Below are positions 37,201 through 51,000 of a DNA stretch of 57,371 nt, piece after piece (position 1 is the first letter of the stretch; each line of letters starts with the position of its first letter). The stretch is from Perkinsus chesapeaki ATCC PRA-425 (taxonomy: Eukaryota > Protista > Perkinsozoa). Made by a program: the position numbers and the translations under genes. The stretch covers positions 1 through 57,371 of the forward strand of contig JAAPAO010000177.1 of NCBI GenBank assembly GCA_013115145.1. Direction: 5' to 3'. The notes beneath the pieces were generated by a model that had not been told where the DNA came from, ran no database searches, and was given only the letters and a program-made list of their open reading frames with translations.

Positions 37201-38115
37201 TGAAAAGTCGACGGGGACTTCGTGAGATTTCCTCGGATCCTACTTTCTGCTTTGTCGAGTGTCGAGATAAAACCTAGTGTAGAAGAGTAAACCTCTGACA
37301 AGCCATATGTCGCGTATGATATGTGCGGAAGTTCACGGCATAGAAGTCGACTTGATAGTCATTACTTAGGATAATTGGTAGGTAGAATGTGATGAAGGGC
37401 AAGGCTCTGCTGTGGGGACAGAATATGACTTGGTTGAGATTGGGGATGATAACAGGGCTTTGTATGAGGCCATGGTTACACCCTCCAAGGTTGGATATAT
37501 GATGGTGAGCATCTTACCCGCTTAGTGCTAGATGGTGATAGACATAGATGGTGATATCTATAGATATGTGATAGGCAGTGTTCCTAGCAGGATGGTTGCA
37601 CTTGTATAAAATGAGGAATATTATAGGCATCATTATATTCCTTCTAGGCGTCCGTCTTTGATTGTCTAAATGGCCTGACAAGCTCTCCCAAGCTTTATGA
37701 ATCTACTTATCGGCATATCAATTAGATATCATATTGCTTAGCCACGTAGGGAATGTGACAGTAAATGGCGATGACGTCTCCGAATTCTTGCAAAGGATGT
37801 TCTGATGCGCTTCATCATTGAACATATGCAACTTCGCTTGCCTATAAGGTTTTGGACGATAATGAAATTATAAGTTCAACTCAATGCAATTCATCCTCGA
37901 CCATGCACCAGCGTGACCCTCCGATCGCGTTGTTGTTTTTTCAGGCCCATTTTCGTGCGGGTGGCCTAGAAGTGATTGCCAATGCGGATGGTCTGCCTTT
38001 TATTCAACTCAGCAGACTCGAGTTTCCTGATCCTTTGAACCCTACTGGAGCGGAGATTGTGGTGGAAGTCGAGCCCGAAGAAGATATGCTGGCTGCACTC
38101 GGCAGTTGTACTTGA
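34248..38115 (+). CDS. Divergent RluA-family pseudouridine synthase-like protein, 6 exons
   Basis: Exons 34248-34440, 34756-34873, 35197-35292, 36904-37066, 37382-37504 and 37945-38115 join in frame. Motif I EDRYCVVYKPAGW, motif II-like FPIAIDPDISGLCVV, RQTYRLL, GTEYDLV, and C-terminal AHFRAGGLEV...QLSRLEFPDP...EDMLAAL. Confidence 0.8.
36080..36300 (+). mobile_element. Possible retroelement gag-like relic (DIRS-type YDxxFR motif) inside intron 3 of the RluA-like gene
   Basis: Reads HIVASHGLAAAMNYDESFRQQLASQAKRLAAQRW, flanked by stop-interrupted frames. The family assignment is by motif resemblance only. Confidence 0.3.
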
Positions 38116-39186
38116 TAATACAGCATGACAATTCATCGTTTCTGGTTGTTTCTTTTTAAAGGAAATGTTGATGTTGTGAAAGACTAAGCATTTGGTAGTG
38201 CAGACAAGCAACTGGAGTTAGGTGTAACCAGAGATATTAGTGGTTACTTCGCGCCAGTCGACACTCGAACGGAGCGGCGCTTATATTGTCACTTTTTCTG
38301 TCTACCTGTTATCTCTGTTGCAAATTATTTATGTATGAATCATACTGTCTGATACCTCACTGAGTGAAGTTCACTCTCCTTGCTGCCCCAGTAAGATTTC
38401 CCTACTTTCCACCATCCATTCGATCATCCTCATACAACTCCGTCACGCCTGGAGCTCCGTAGTTGTCCCGATTCTCCACCTTGTCTACGAGTGCCCTACT
38501 GACCGCTAGTCAAAACCGAGTTTTCAAATCATTGTATTATTCATTTATAATTGGTTTTCCCGATATGTATGTATCTGTATAGGTATTTACTTAGGTCTCA
38601 GCGGAGGCTTGAAGCATAGCCTACCCAAACTTCAAGGATACGCGAGACAGTCCTTAGGAATGTTACACTACTGTCATGCTTGGCAGTTGTTTTTGTGTTC
38701 CGCCAATGCGCCTGTGTTATACAGGCTGTATAAGTTTTTCATAATCCTATTTACAGTGTTATATAACGATCTATTCAGTCGGCGTACAATCTCAGATGGA
38801 GGAGCTCTCATTTCACTTGGCACGTGTGACGTGACGTGACAGCGTAGTTTTCCTGCAACTTGCACAACACACTAAAATTCAAATCGGTGTATCCCTCTAT
38901 AACTCACCACTTTATCTGCTGGGTTGTTTTACATCCCAGCGACCTCGCAAAATATCTTCGTAGATCGTATCTTACCCGCTTAACCTCTTCCTTCTCCAGT
39001 GAGCTTTTTGGTAAGCTTGGCCTTGATGCTTTCGTTCCTTCGTGACCCGCTTTGTGGAGCTCCTGCGAGGTTGTGTATTATCAAGTGTACATACTGTAGC
39101 TTAATCGATTATCAAACCTTAATAAGGTGGTATAGTTGAACTAATTGGATTACTGTTCATCAATGATGAATCATCATAGTATTACT

Positions 39187-39570
39187 TTTTATTATATCTA
39201 TTACTATTTATTATATCTATTACTATTTATTATATCTATTACTATTTATTATATCTATTACTATTTATTATATCTATTACNNNNNNNNNNNNNNNNNNNN
39301 NNNNNNNNNNNNNNNNNNNNNNNNNNNNNNNNNNNNNNNNNNNNNNNNNNNNNNNNNNNNNNNNNNNNNNNNNNNNNTATCTATTACTATTTATTATATC
39401 TATTACTATTTATTATATCTATTACTATTTATTTTATCTATTACTATTTATTATATCTATTACTATTTATTATATCTATTACTATTTATTTTATCTATTA
39501 CTATTTATTATATCTATTACTATTTATTATATCTATTACTATTTATTATATCAATTACTATTTATTATTG
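39187..39570. repeat. 19-bp AT-rich minisatellite (TATTTATTATATCTATTAC)n spanning an assembly gap
   Basis: 19-bp periodicity on both sides of the N run. True length unknown. Confidence 0.95.
39281..39377. other. Assembly gap (97 N)
   Basis: Run of N characters. Confidence 1.
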
Positions 39571-41032
39571 TTACTATCCACTTTAAGCCCTACTCTGATG
39601 ACAGGGTGTCACCGTTGTGTATGAGTATGAGCCTTCTGCCATCGTCTGGTCGACTATTCAACGCACTCTACCTGGTATCACCTTACCCCTAGATCGAGGA
39701 CCTTTAAGGATAGTAATCACTTTGACATGACTCGCTTGAATCTTTTGGGTGACCAAGATGAATGTAGACTTGAGCCCAGTCTAGGCAGTTTACTAAGATT
39801 TGAATTCTTTATTAAGACTATTAGCAGCCGAATTGATAGTACAGATGCTCCCTATCATGCAGCTCTGCTTTCTCCAAGCTCGAGAGTATCATCTTTATAA
39901 GTTGGCCTTTTTTCCTTCATGGACTCCGCACTGCTTCACCATAATACAGACTTTACCTGTAGTAAGCTGAGTGGCCCTACCAGCGTCTCCACTGAGGCTC
40001 CAACTATGGCCAACGATTCTGTATCTTCTACTTCAGCGGAAACAGGGGCGAGTGCAGGGTGCTTCTTGCCCTTGGCTACCAGGAGGGATATAGTGGAACT
40101 GTCCAAGGGGGTTACACGGGACAAACAAAGATTTAATGATGTTCACGCAAACTGGAGCGAAAAATTCAGGGCTAGTTCGACATTGTGGATGCGGAACAAA
40201 GTGGAGTATTTTCAGGGCACTCCAGGATCGTTGGGAAGTTACCAGTAATAAGGATGGTGGATGGGTAGCGGAACCTGCGTACTTGCTGGGATGGGCAATC
40301 GACGGTCTAGTGGCGGTCAAGTTTTTGACTCGGAAAGTTTTTGAGTGGCCCACCTTTCACAGTAGTTTTAATCAGTGACGCTTTGGCGAGCACATCTCGG
40401 AGGATCCTCCAAAACTCGTTAGAATTTCATCAGTCTAGTGTCGACCAACCAAAAGCCTGAAAGTTCCCCAAGGGGAGTGGCGGTATTGCTGCCTCATCAT
40501 CCTTGGTGTTAGTAGGAATGGGCCTAGGTATGTTACTTTCTTGACAACTCGAAAAAAATTTAATAACTAGATTTTATACTGGTTTCGAGAATTGTTATTA
40601 GTGAGACACAAATAACAATTCTCAAAACCACTAAAAGTGTGGCACTTGTGGAGCTATAGCGGGCGCAGATTGGGTTATAAAATTGAGACTCAGTGGGTCA
40701 TATAGTTGAGTGATGTGGAGTACTGCTTTATTGATGATGGGAGATTTCGGCAACTTATACCCGTGAACCCGTAACTGCTGGAAAGCTCGAAAACCAGTAA
40801 ATTTCTGGCAGTAATAAGCATCATCATTCGGGTGATGGCACTGCAAATTGAAGACATGTTGGTGATAGTGCAAGGTTCGAAGAGCGCGAAGTGTCGGTGT
40901 TTTGTCCGAGATAGGGAAGCCTAAAACCACTGTTGTAGCCTCGATATAGCATATCAATGAAGCATACCAGCAAAAATAATGAACAGTCAAATCTATAGTT
41001 TTTTAAAGCCCACGTGAGCTGGTAATCATCAG

Positions 41033-41330
41033 GTATATTTCGGGTCCACCTTGTCGCTCTTCACCCGAGTCATCGTCATCATCAGCGTCGTCGTCGTCGG
41101 TAGATCCTCGGCCGGACTGGCGGGATAATGCATTTAATAGAACTCAAAGGCAGTTAAAGAAAGAAGAGGAGTCTCATGCAGCTGAAGTTAAACGAAAACT
41201 TCAGATTGAGAATCCTCAAATAGTTGATTACCTGCGAGAACTTGAAGCCGAGGGCGGTGGACGCCGCAAACGCCGGTGTCGTGAGCGGCGAGATGAGAGA
41301 AAGGAGCGGTATGGAAGACGTGGTTGTTGA
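41033..41330 (+). CDS. Orphan coding-like terminal exon (Ser-rich then Arg/Glu-rich); parent gene unresolved
   Basis: After a CAG acceptor, a stop-free frame reads YISGPPCRSSPESSSSS...RQLKKEEESHAAEVKRKLQIENPQIVDYLRELEAEGGGRRKRR...GC*. Confidence 0.35.
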
Positions 41331-42032
41331 TTTTATCTGTACTGTGTGTGGCGACGTACTAAGTCGCTATTGAGAAACCACTGCGGTTTATCGTAGCGCC
41401 TCCTCCTCCTCCTCCTTCTGATTGAACTACAGACTTTCGTCGAGGTAGATAATAGTTGTACTTATTCGGATTGTAGTATCGTTGACGTATTCTTCTTCAC
41501 TGTAAATAGATAATGATGTAGACTTACCTCGCACAGGCAATAAACTAAACCTTAACAACGTATTTGGCTAACAGTGAAGTTGGGTTTGTTAATTATAGGC
41601 TTGTGCGACACAAAAAAAGGGACAGCATAGATACGTTTTGGTGGTCGGTAAGATTGTCATAGAAAAGTAATTATTACCATAATTACGATAAGTTAATTAA
41701 TAACTGGACTCCAGTTACTGCCCCAACAGAGGCAGGATCTGTGATGCGGAGTGGCGCGTCAGCTCTCCGCAAGACTCTTGGTCGGTGGGGCCGAGGGACC
41801 GCTCCGAGCCGTCCGCTGGTACAGTCTCATGTACATCTGTACCGCTTGTTAAGCTCTATCTGGTCAAGATAGACAGTACTTTTTTATAGTGCAGCACTTC
41901 TCCTTCGACCAGGCAGCAGGCGAGTGCCGGTATAGGCGTATGTAGTAACTGATGATATAATAGTAATGGGCATCCTATCGCTGATAATCTTAATGTGTTC
42001 ATTTAATAAAGGAAGTCTCATAGTCTTGTTAA

Positions 42033-45000
42033 ATGGGACGAACTGAATGGAAAATTAAGGTCGATATACACTCGGTGTACGCATTACGAAGGCCAGAGGG
42101 CAGCACCGATCTCCCCAACCCGTACGACGTTAGTTGGTAGCGGTATGTGTAGCTAGAGGTGTCAGATACTTGAAGGTTATAGTGGACTACCCGGGCGAAG
42201 AAGGCGATGTTGAAAAGCAGACTAGTTGGCAGAGCGCCACAGCCAGTTGTTCATTTAATTGCTTCTTTCTATTTGATGGAAGTTTGGCGAAGGCCGAGTT
42301 CAAAAGATCTAAAGTACCGCAGCTGGTCTTCGCTGAAGAAATTGGACAAACACTTCCCAAAGCAATTATCTGCATTACCCTCGACTCCAATTGCTGAGCA
42401 ACACTGTGTTAGGGCCGAAGAAAGAGGGATAGCCAAAACTGTGGAAACGATATGCACCACAGAAAGTTCAGATTTACGTTACTTAGGTTCTGGTCCGATG
42501 AAGTTGCTCAGAGGTTATAGCTGATTCGACGAATTCTTAATTGTTGCTTGGATTGTCAATCTCTCAGTTCCTTATTGGCTTCTCAATAATATTAAAATTA
42601 CTACAAAAAGGGATATGAGACCTAATAATTTAGCAGTTTGATAATAATGCTAGTTATTATTATAATATTATTGTTCGAGACAGTCTTGTGTATGAATACC
42701 ATTTAGTGTTGGTTTCATTTCTCAGATAACTCTACAGTGTTGGCATCATAACGCATTGCGAGCAGACCAATTGATAGGAGCATGTACCTTTGGCTTCAGC
42801 AAGGTGTAAGTAGGCAGCAGCACTAACGGCTTTCCACCCCCAGCGTTCCGGCCAGTCCCGTTTGTTTTTGGAATGCCCCCTCGCCTAACATTGATAAGGA
42901 TACTCATCAGTCCACGATGTTGGTTGTTGAACAGAAGTTGACGTTTTTTTCGCTGATTTCTTTCGGTATTTTTCTCTACGGTAATCGTCGTCTATTTGCA
43001 TGTGAATGATCATGAGTGAAACGGTTGATCGATTCGGCGCGGTTGATCATACTAGTGTGACAGTACTAGACTTTAAGACTCTGTATTATACTTGCTACGA
43101 AATAATTATGGTAGTACAATCAGTAGCGGACGAGGACTCATGAAAAAAAACAAAGTATTCTACTTCATTCGAGACGGCTGTATAGGATCGAAATTGATTC
43201 AAACAACCATTAAGTTGATAATGATGAATATTACCGAAAGCACACAGACAATGGTTCTATTGAACTGCTCCACACCATGCCGCACGCCTTGTCCTGTGCG
43301 AAGTTGTTATCGAAAGTAACTGATCTGTAATAACATCCGTAATATACTCTTTTAAAAATAATGTTTATAATAGTATTTCTCACATACTTCATTATTTCTA
43401 TTTTACATTATTATTTCTAATATTGATATATTATACCACTATATAGAGAGCAATAGCACTTGTTAATAATTTCAATATATAATCCTATCGAATGGTTGGT
43501 AAGGTACTCTTTAGTTCGTCATACGTTATTAAGACAATGGATGCCTTTAACGTTCCCAGAGAAGCCCGGAGATGTTAGGGGTTATGTCAATGTTAGTGTC
43601 GGTATTTACGGACCTGGAGATGATGTAAGCTATGAGAAGGAGAAGGGTCGATGATACAGCTTACCACAGCCAAAGGCGTCTAGTCACAGAAGAATGCTAC
43701 ATGGGTGCCAAGTCTGTGAGATTAGGTCTGCAAAAAGGACAGAGTGAACTATCGAACCTATTCGATAGAGAATTTGATGGAGATCCAGAATATACTCAAA
43801 TATCTGTTTTTTGGGAATAGGAAGTGAAAAAATAAAATTGCGATGAGTTCAACCAACGTTAGTTGAGCTCATCACATTTGAAAGGCAGCCATTGCTTTTG
43901 AAGAGAGTAAAAATAATTACCGATAAAACTAACAAGAACCATTTACACTGTAAAATGCAGTGATTCTACAACCATGGCAAAAGTAATTATTCATTGATTA
44001 CTTTTGACATGATTTGGGTTCATTGACATGTCCTATAATTGAATTATTGGATCATTAATTAGTAATGCCATAAAAACCATTAACCGGCGAAAGTACTCCT
44101 TAATAGCGGTATCTTCAGATAGGCCAGTATCCGCCTCTTCATGGTTCAGGGGGTTACTTAGGTTCCTAGTGGGTTCCGCTTAATCTCGGATGAAGATCAA
44201 ACCGTGAGTTCGATAACAGAGAGAGTGGTGCAAACACCTGATTCGAAGTTCAATCTTGTCATGTTAAATTTTAATGTAAGCCCCGTTTGGATCACACTCC
44301 TTCCCGTATCTATTGGCTCATTTAACGAGGTTCTCCTCGTGGTATATTTGATCTTTGTGTGATAGGATTACGTCTCTGAAGCCAGTAAGGTGTACTAGTC
44401 GAAATATAGGAACATTTATCGTCAATAATTTCTTGCCAATGAAGCAAATTTATGTATCCTCGAGTTTTACATCTGCTTCTGCATGCTCTATAATGTAGGG
44501 GGATGGAATATTGCCTAGATTATCGGAAACGCTCAAGGAGTTCGTAAAATCCTGATTATATTAATTGCAGCGAGTATCGGTATCGTGTTGACTATAAAAG
44601 TATAGTTTTGTCATTGTATTTTTTCTCGGCCGGGGTAGTAGCCAACCGACTAGTACCAGCCGGTCAGTTAGGCAGCCAGTGCACTACAGCTGGCCGGTCA
44701 TCGAGATAGTAGCGTTGTTATGTTGTTGTATCGATTACTGCTGTACTGTGTAATTAAGTAGTGATGGAGTTGTAAGAGTGTGTTCAGGTCCACAAGGCAG
44801 AGAATCTCCCTAAGAAGGGTGGAGGAGGGATGTTCGGTAGAGGCCCTACATGCAGCCCTTATGTGAGTATCATCCAATACACACCTTTGAGGGGTACACA
44901 GTGCTAGTACCTCTCGCAAAATATGACTGATGGTATCATGATTGGAAATCTTTTGAAATTAAATAGTTTGAGAAATTTCGAGGAAGTCAGAAATTGAGCA

Positions 45001-48000
45001 AAGTAGCTATAAAAAAATTAATGATACCTTCCTCACTGTAGAGGTCCCTTCATCTGTACAACCTATAATTTAACCATCATGGTGCCTAGTGTCCAGTTTA
45101 GCCTACGTTGCGCAATCCCATGGAGCATATGAAAAAGTTATATCACATTGCAATCTAGATGAATTTGTTGTTCGAGTATAGTACCGTGCAAGTGCATGAC
45201 TTGATAGTCTTTCATTCCAACAGATTTGCACACCACAATCGACTTTGTAGGTTATAGTATCATTTGCTGGAGTGAAGCTTCAGACTAAAATCGTGCCAGA
45301 TAACAGTAGACCAGTGTGGAACGAGTGCCTCAGGGTGCCGGTCATGTGCCCGACGTGGGACCAGAACGTAGGCACATCTGCACTACAGCACATTCTATTT
45401 TATATTATGAAGTATTTTAAGTAAACATCTACTGTATCCATATCGTCAAATGATGATGTGACTCTCACCGATAGACTCCATATCGTTTGGCATTTCATGT
45501 GATAGGCAGCGTCATTCTGTCAATAATGTGTATCGACTAATGCGTATCTTGGTTCATTTTTTCCTTTCCAGTATCCAGGGTCTCGTGAGGGGGGACACTG
45601 AATGTCTCCCCCCAGGAACGCATTTCGTGTTTAACTTTGGTCTAGCATCATTTTTCTTAGCACAACTATGCTGTATCTTGCTGATCTCGTGTCGATGGAG
45701 CTAGATCACCCCCTGCAAGTGTATTTAATTAGGTACTTATCGAGATTATGTCTCATGGCGATAAGAACGATATGATCGCCGCCGCTGATTTTGATTTTCA
45801 GTCCATTTACGAACGCGGGATGAGCCCAAGATGGGTTAATTTGTGAGTTGCTGCATCGCTTCGCTCCGCCAAGTTTTTAGTGGTAGGTATTATTATATAG
45901 AGGGCGATGATCCTCCACCACAAGTGTTTGATGAACCTTTAGAGTCAGAGTAAGTATACTATTTTCGGTGCCGAACCGTTCGGCAAATTCATTACCGTCG
46001 ATATGCAGCATACTTCCGTGACTTCTAACGGCAAACTTTTGAAGATTTCCTGAATAACGATTACAAAGCACTTCTTCCATGCTGTATGGAGTGAAAGGCC
46101 GGAGTTTACGGCATCTCTGTGAAAAGCTTTATATCCTTACTGCGTGTGAAATGCAAGTTTTCATGAAAGGAAATGAAAGGGTGAAGGAAGGAAACCCTCA
46201 TATACAATTTATAGTCTTTTTGGTCTATTGAGTCACCGGTAATTACTGACATTAAAGAATCATTAACTTGATGAGCCATTACCACGCTAATAGAATTAAC
46301 CCGAAACCCGGAACGCAAATCAATGAAGACGAAAAACCTTAAAATACAGTACAAGATGATTAGAAATGATCTTGTACTGTATTTTCGGTAACACTCGTGC
46401 GTTCAACTTAGCTGGGTTGAAATGTTTGAAAATGTTCTGAGCTCTGCATCACGCCAGTTGCTTTAATATTAACTAAATAAGCTTATGGAGATTTTAGCTC
46501 TGAAATAGAGGGCCCCAAGGCCCTGGCTGGCACCGGTCCTATCGAACCGTTCATCGTCGTTAGTCGTACTGGATCGAGACGAACCCGCGAAAGTTGCAGT
46601 TGCAATTGATACCTCCTGTGAAACTTAACGTGTCCAGATATGGCGGTCGTATTCTGGTATCGGCATCTGTTGAGCGATCGGAGGATCCAAAGTCATCGGT
46701 TGTGGCATGTGATGCACCTAGGGAGCCGGAGACTACAGAACACACTGTGTGGATAGATGTGTAGGTTATTAGGTAAATGTAGAGAAGTACACGGTGGAAG
46801 CTAGGAACCTACCTGTGTCATGATGATGATGATAGAAGCTAATGCTTTATACCGTATTTAATATTATATCGTTGTTTCTTCATTTTACTCTATAATTTTA
46901 TACTTATACTTTCTCAATACACTAGTATGAGATGCCACCACCTCATCACATTTATATATCATTATTATGCCTCCACTTCCTCATTACATTTATATATTGT
47001 TTTTATGCCTCCACTTTCTCATTACATTTATATATTATTATTATGCCTCCACTTCCTCACATACAGCTGTGTAGTGACCAAGCTCTCAGCTAGATACGAG
47101 GCGGCTCTGACTCCCGAGTTCCTGGAAATCGTCGCCCCCGATGAGGTCTTCATTGAGTTTCTCTTCGGCACACAATCGTAAGTGTTTTCCGCACCACAGT
47201 CGACTACTCCTCGGTTTCAGAATGCGGACACCGGTGCAGTCTTTGGACGACTTGTCGGTTATTTTTGAAGATGATGGTCGTCTGAAGCCGTTTTCAGTGT
47301 AAGTGTCAATATTTGCCCACGGAACTTATCGATCAATAAAGTATTGCTTTAAGTCAAGCTGTGCGTCTGTGGGATAAGCGTCTTCTGGCACAAATAATTC
47401 GTCTTGGTTTGGATGTGATCAAGTCACTTCGATGTCGAAGTCGCAACTACAAAATTTGCTTTAAACGCTACTGATTGCTAGAATGACATTACTTACTTGT
47501 CTGTTTGATGGTATCAATTTGCCTATGCTTGTTGGTTTATGAAGTATAAGAGTGCGAGACGTTCGAGCTTGTGTTTCTCCTTCGCGGCCAGTATAGGCCC
47601 TCCTTTGTTCATGCGTACGCCTCCTCCTGCTGTGGACACTCTGGTTCGACGTTAGACGGAGGGTGGAAAGTTTACAGCTACTACTTGGAAAGTTCAAAAT
47701 TGCTCGGGTTGAAATCTGGTTCTCGATATCCGACATTGAGTTTAGCATACAGTATGAAATACCTCACTCAGACTTGTGTGATTCAGATATCTCCCTGAGT
47801 TTCGCCAAGCCGTCGATCTAGTTGTGTCATTGGTTGGTAAGAAGGCTAATGATGGTGATGATGAATGGGAGCAACTGGCCTTTACTCGCCTGTCCTTGGC
47901 GGAAATTAAGACTTGGAATGAGAACGTATCATGGAGGAAAATGTAGGTTAATATTTCATATCTTTCAATATTAGTTAGTTGTTAGTTATCATTCTAACTT

Positions 48001-51000
48001 TTATATGTGAATCTTGTACACTTTCCAATTTAAAAATTCATCTTCAAACAGATTGACCTTTATTATTAACGCTCATGATAGGAAATGAATTCCTTTCCCG
48101 TTTGGGATTCGGTCGCAGTTGTTCAAGTAGCATTGGAACCGCGTGAGTTTTGTGACACTTAACCAGTGCATATCTTAGGTATATGTTATCAGTACCACCG
48201 GGCATTGACCAGGTAGCCGGGCATATCCTATTTGGTGTTAATGCGGGATGCAAGCCTCTCCCGACCAGGCCAGATCGGATGAGGTGCTTGTCTGGCAGAT
48301 TGTCTGTTGGCGGGTATACCTAATGTCACAGTTACACAGTACGGGAGTATGTGGTTCGAGGGTTTTTCTATCAAGCTGTCAATCTCCCCATATCTGATCC
48401 AGGAGGCTTGTCGGACCCTTTCGTCAAGATGAGTATCGGTGGCATCAGCGGCCGTAGGTCCTTGACAAGTGACTTCCCAGCTACAGCTTCGGCTACAGCT
48501 TCATGTTTGTCCACGACCTACCGATCTTTACTCCCAACTAATTACACACACTGCGCAAACTAGCACTTGTTCCCACGCTCCTCGAGAAGGCGGTCGTATC
48601 TTGCCGTAGATACGGATAGTATACCGAGCACACTGAACCCACAGTGGTGCGAAATTATTGAGTTCCCCGTCATCCTGCCCGAGGACGGAAAGCTGCAGCC
48701 TGATATCTACGTTGAAGTCTGTGACGCTGACGACTCTGTGTAGCTGGATGCCTCGGAACTCCTCTCAAGTCGCCACAGATACGAGCTTTTGTGTTCGCTG
48801 AGCTATCCCGCTTCTGAGGTCCCTGAGGAGTGGAACCGTGCTCCGAAGTGGTTTGAGCTCGAGCCCAGTAGTCAGCATCCGCATGCGCAGGCGCAGATTC
48901 TTGCGGCATTTGAGTTGCTCCCGTAACTTTGGAACCATTTCAGCCGATTTGACGAATTATTCAGGGCTGAGAAGGCAGCCGAACACGCTCCATTTTGCGA
49001 GGAAATCAGGCCACGCGTGAACAGGTGTGAAGTGGAAGTGCTGACGGTCGGGGTGAGGCTCATCAAGGACGAGTTAGTGGATATCAGCCCGAGACTCCAG
49101 GTTTATCGGAATCAGCCTTTGACAGAGAAAACTTGATTTGGTAGTTGTCTTGGCATCGCGACGACCGTGATCTCGAGGTGCCTCTGGAAGCCATCTTATC
49201 GGAAAAGCCTGAGAGCGGAAGCGGCGGACAGTAGGTCTATTTCCGTGAAATTCAGTTAGTACGATGAGTGATTATATATTCCGTCATCCTCTTTATATCG
49301 CCTACAATCTGCAATATGAACATGGGGATTGATTGACAGATAGTAGTTTGTGATCACATATTGGACACTATTCCAACGGTCGGCTTTACCGGACCGCGGC
49401 AGTCCGGCTGACTCGCGCTGGTTATGCCGTATACACTGCGGCATGACTCAAGCCACCTGATACCAGCGGGTGGGCCATGAGGAGAGCACTGTAGGTACAA
49501 CATGCTAGAGGTTCAGTCACTCGTCTTGGACTTGCCTCAATCCGCATTGTATCAAGAATTCTTGGAGGTCCGGCTAGTGAGGACCGTCTTGAGGGGATTA
49601 ATAACAGCTGAAGAAGAAAACGAAGTGATTGGTTTCGGGTAGGATCATACCGTATGATTCATACGCGACTTGGCGACCTGCATCTGAAAACCTTGGAAAT
49701 TCGTAAACTTGTAATGCTGGTTTTCTATCACCGACCGTAGAGAGTCTCTACAGATTAATAGTCTCTACTAGAGACTATTAATCTGTACCTCAACGGATTT
49801 TTTGACCTTACATTCAAAGAAGCTTGATCTATGAATCATCATGATTTGTGATGCTCATGAGATGAGTGAGGACTACGCTCCACTGTGGAGTGTTATCATA
49901 TCAGCTACTACAACTTCACTGCCATATTTGTTACCCACGGTGCAGTACCCAGAGTGGGCATCGCTCCTGAACAAATGGTATGGGTTCCTACACAGGCTTC
50001 CAGCGGCAGTACCGACTTAGGATAGCTCACAGGCTTGGGCCACTGAGTAGAATCCGGCGGAGAAAATCGTCTGACCCATTTGGTGAATGAGCTCCGTCCA
50101 ATCAAGTTAGTTAATGTGCGGGCCGCCAACCGCACACCGTGTGCGGTACACGTCTATTGACGCAGCCCACGTCACGAAGGGTACTAGATCCCCGTAACCA
50201 TACTATCGCCGCTGATCCTCTGTGTACCGGTTCGGCAGTGTGTGATCCCATGTCCTTGTCCGGGAAGCGAAGGAACTGGTATTGTGGGACAAATGAAGAG
50301 ATTTCTGTTCTGAACTTTTCATTTGCCCCGGTTGGTGTTTTACCAACCCTCTCATCACTTCCGTCCCTTCTCATCCTTCCAGTGAGTCCGGTATAGGTTG
50401 GTGCACAAAGCTCGCACTCGTAGTATTCAGAAAACTTTTCTGCGTTCAAGCGGTATCAGACCGGAGCAATTCATATTCATGGACATCACTAAGGCATTCT
50501 ACCGCTTCAGGATCACCCGAACCTTGTTTATGTATTCAGTGGGGGGAGGACACTACGTTTCCAAAAGTGTGATCTTCGGCATCACTGTGGGCCCAGCGGC
50601 TCTGGAGAGCGGTATAAACTCGCTCTTCGCTATTATACGCTATCTTCGCTATGCATATTGATGTTTCTGTATGTTACGGACGAGATCATTTCGATGGTGT
50701 TGAATTTCTATGCTTCTGACTTGGTGACATCAAGTTTATGTTATTTGCGATGACTGTCAACGGCCACGGCTATCATGCAGTAAGAATGTCGTCTCGTGGG
50801 AAAAACAGTTTCGTTTGTGCGTGCGTGCAAATGGTTGGTCAAGCGAAGACGCGCTTTTGAAGTTGCCCACGTCGCTCTCAGATAGTGCCCTTTCAACATG
50901 GGTTGTAACTACTACTAGAATGAGTACCGGAGCAATTCATAGTACGTATTTTACTATACTGTATGTATTTTACTACTACACGGTTTCGACCTTCTGAAGG

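Noticed and set aside
38400-40990. Scattered short ORFs on both strands around the gap, including a weak RT-like HGYKLPK segment at ~40750
   Set aside because: Motif order does not fit RT, alternative frames are equally plausible, and the gap prevents a model.
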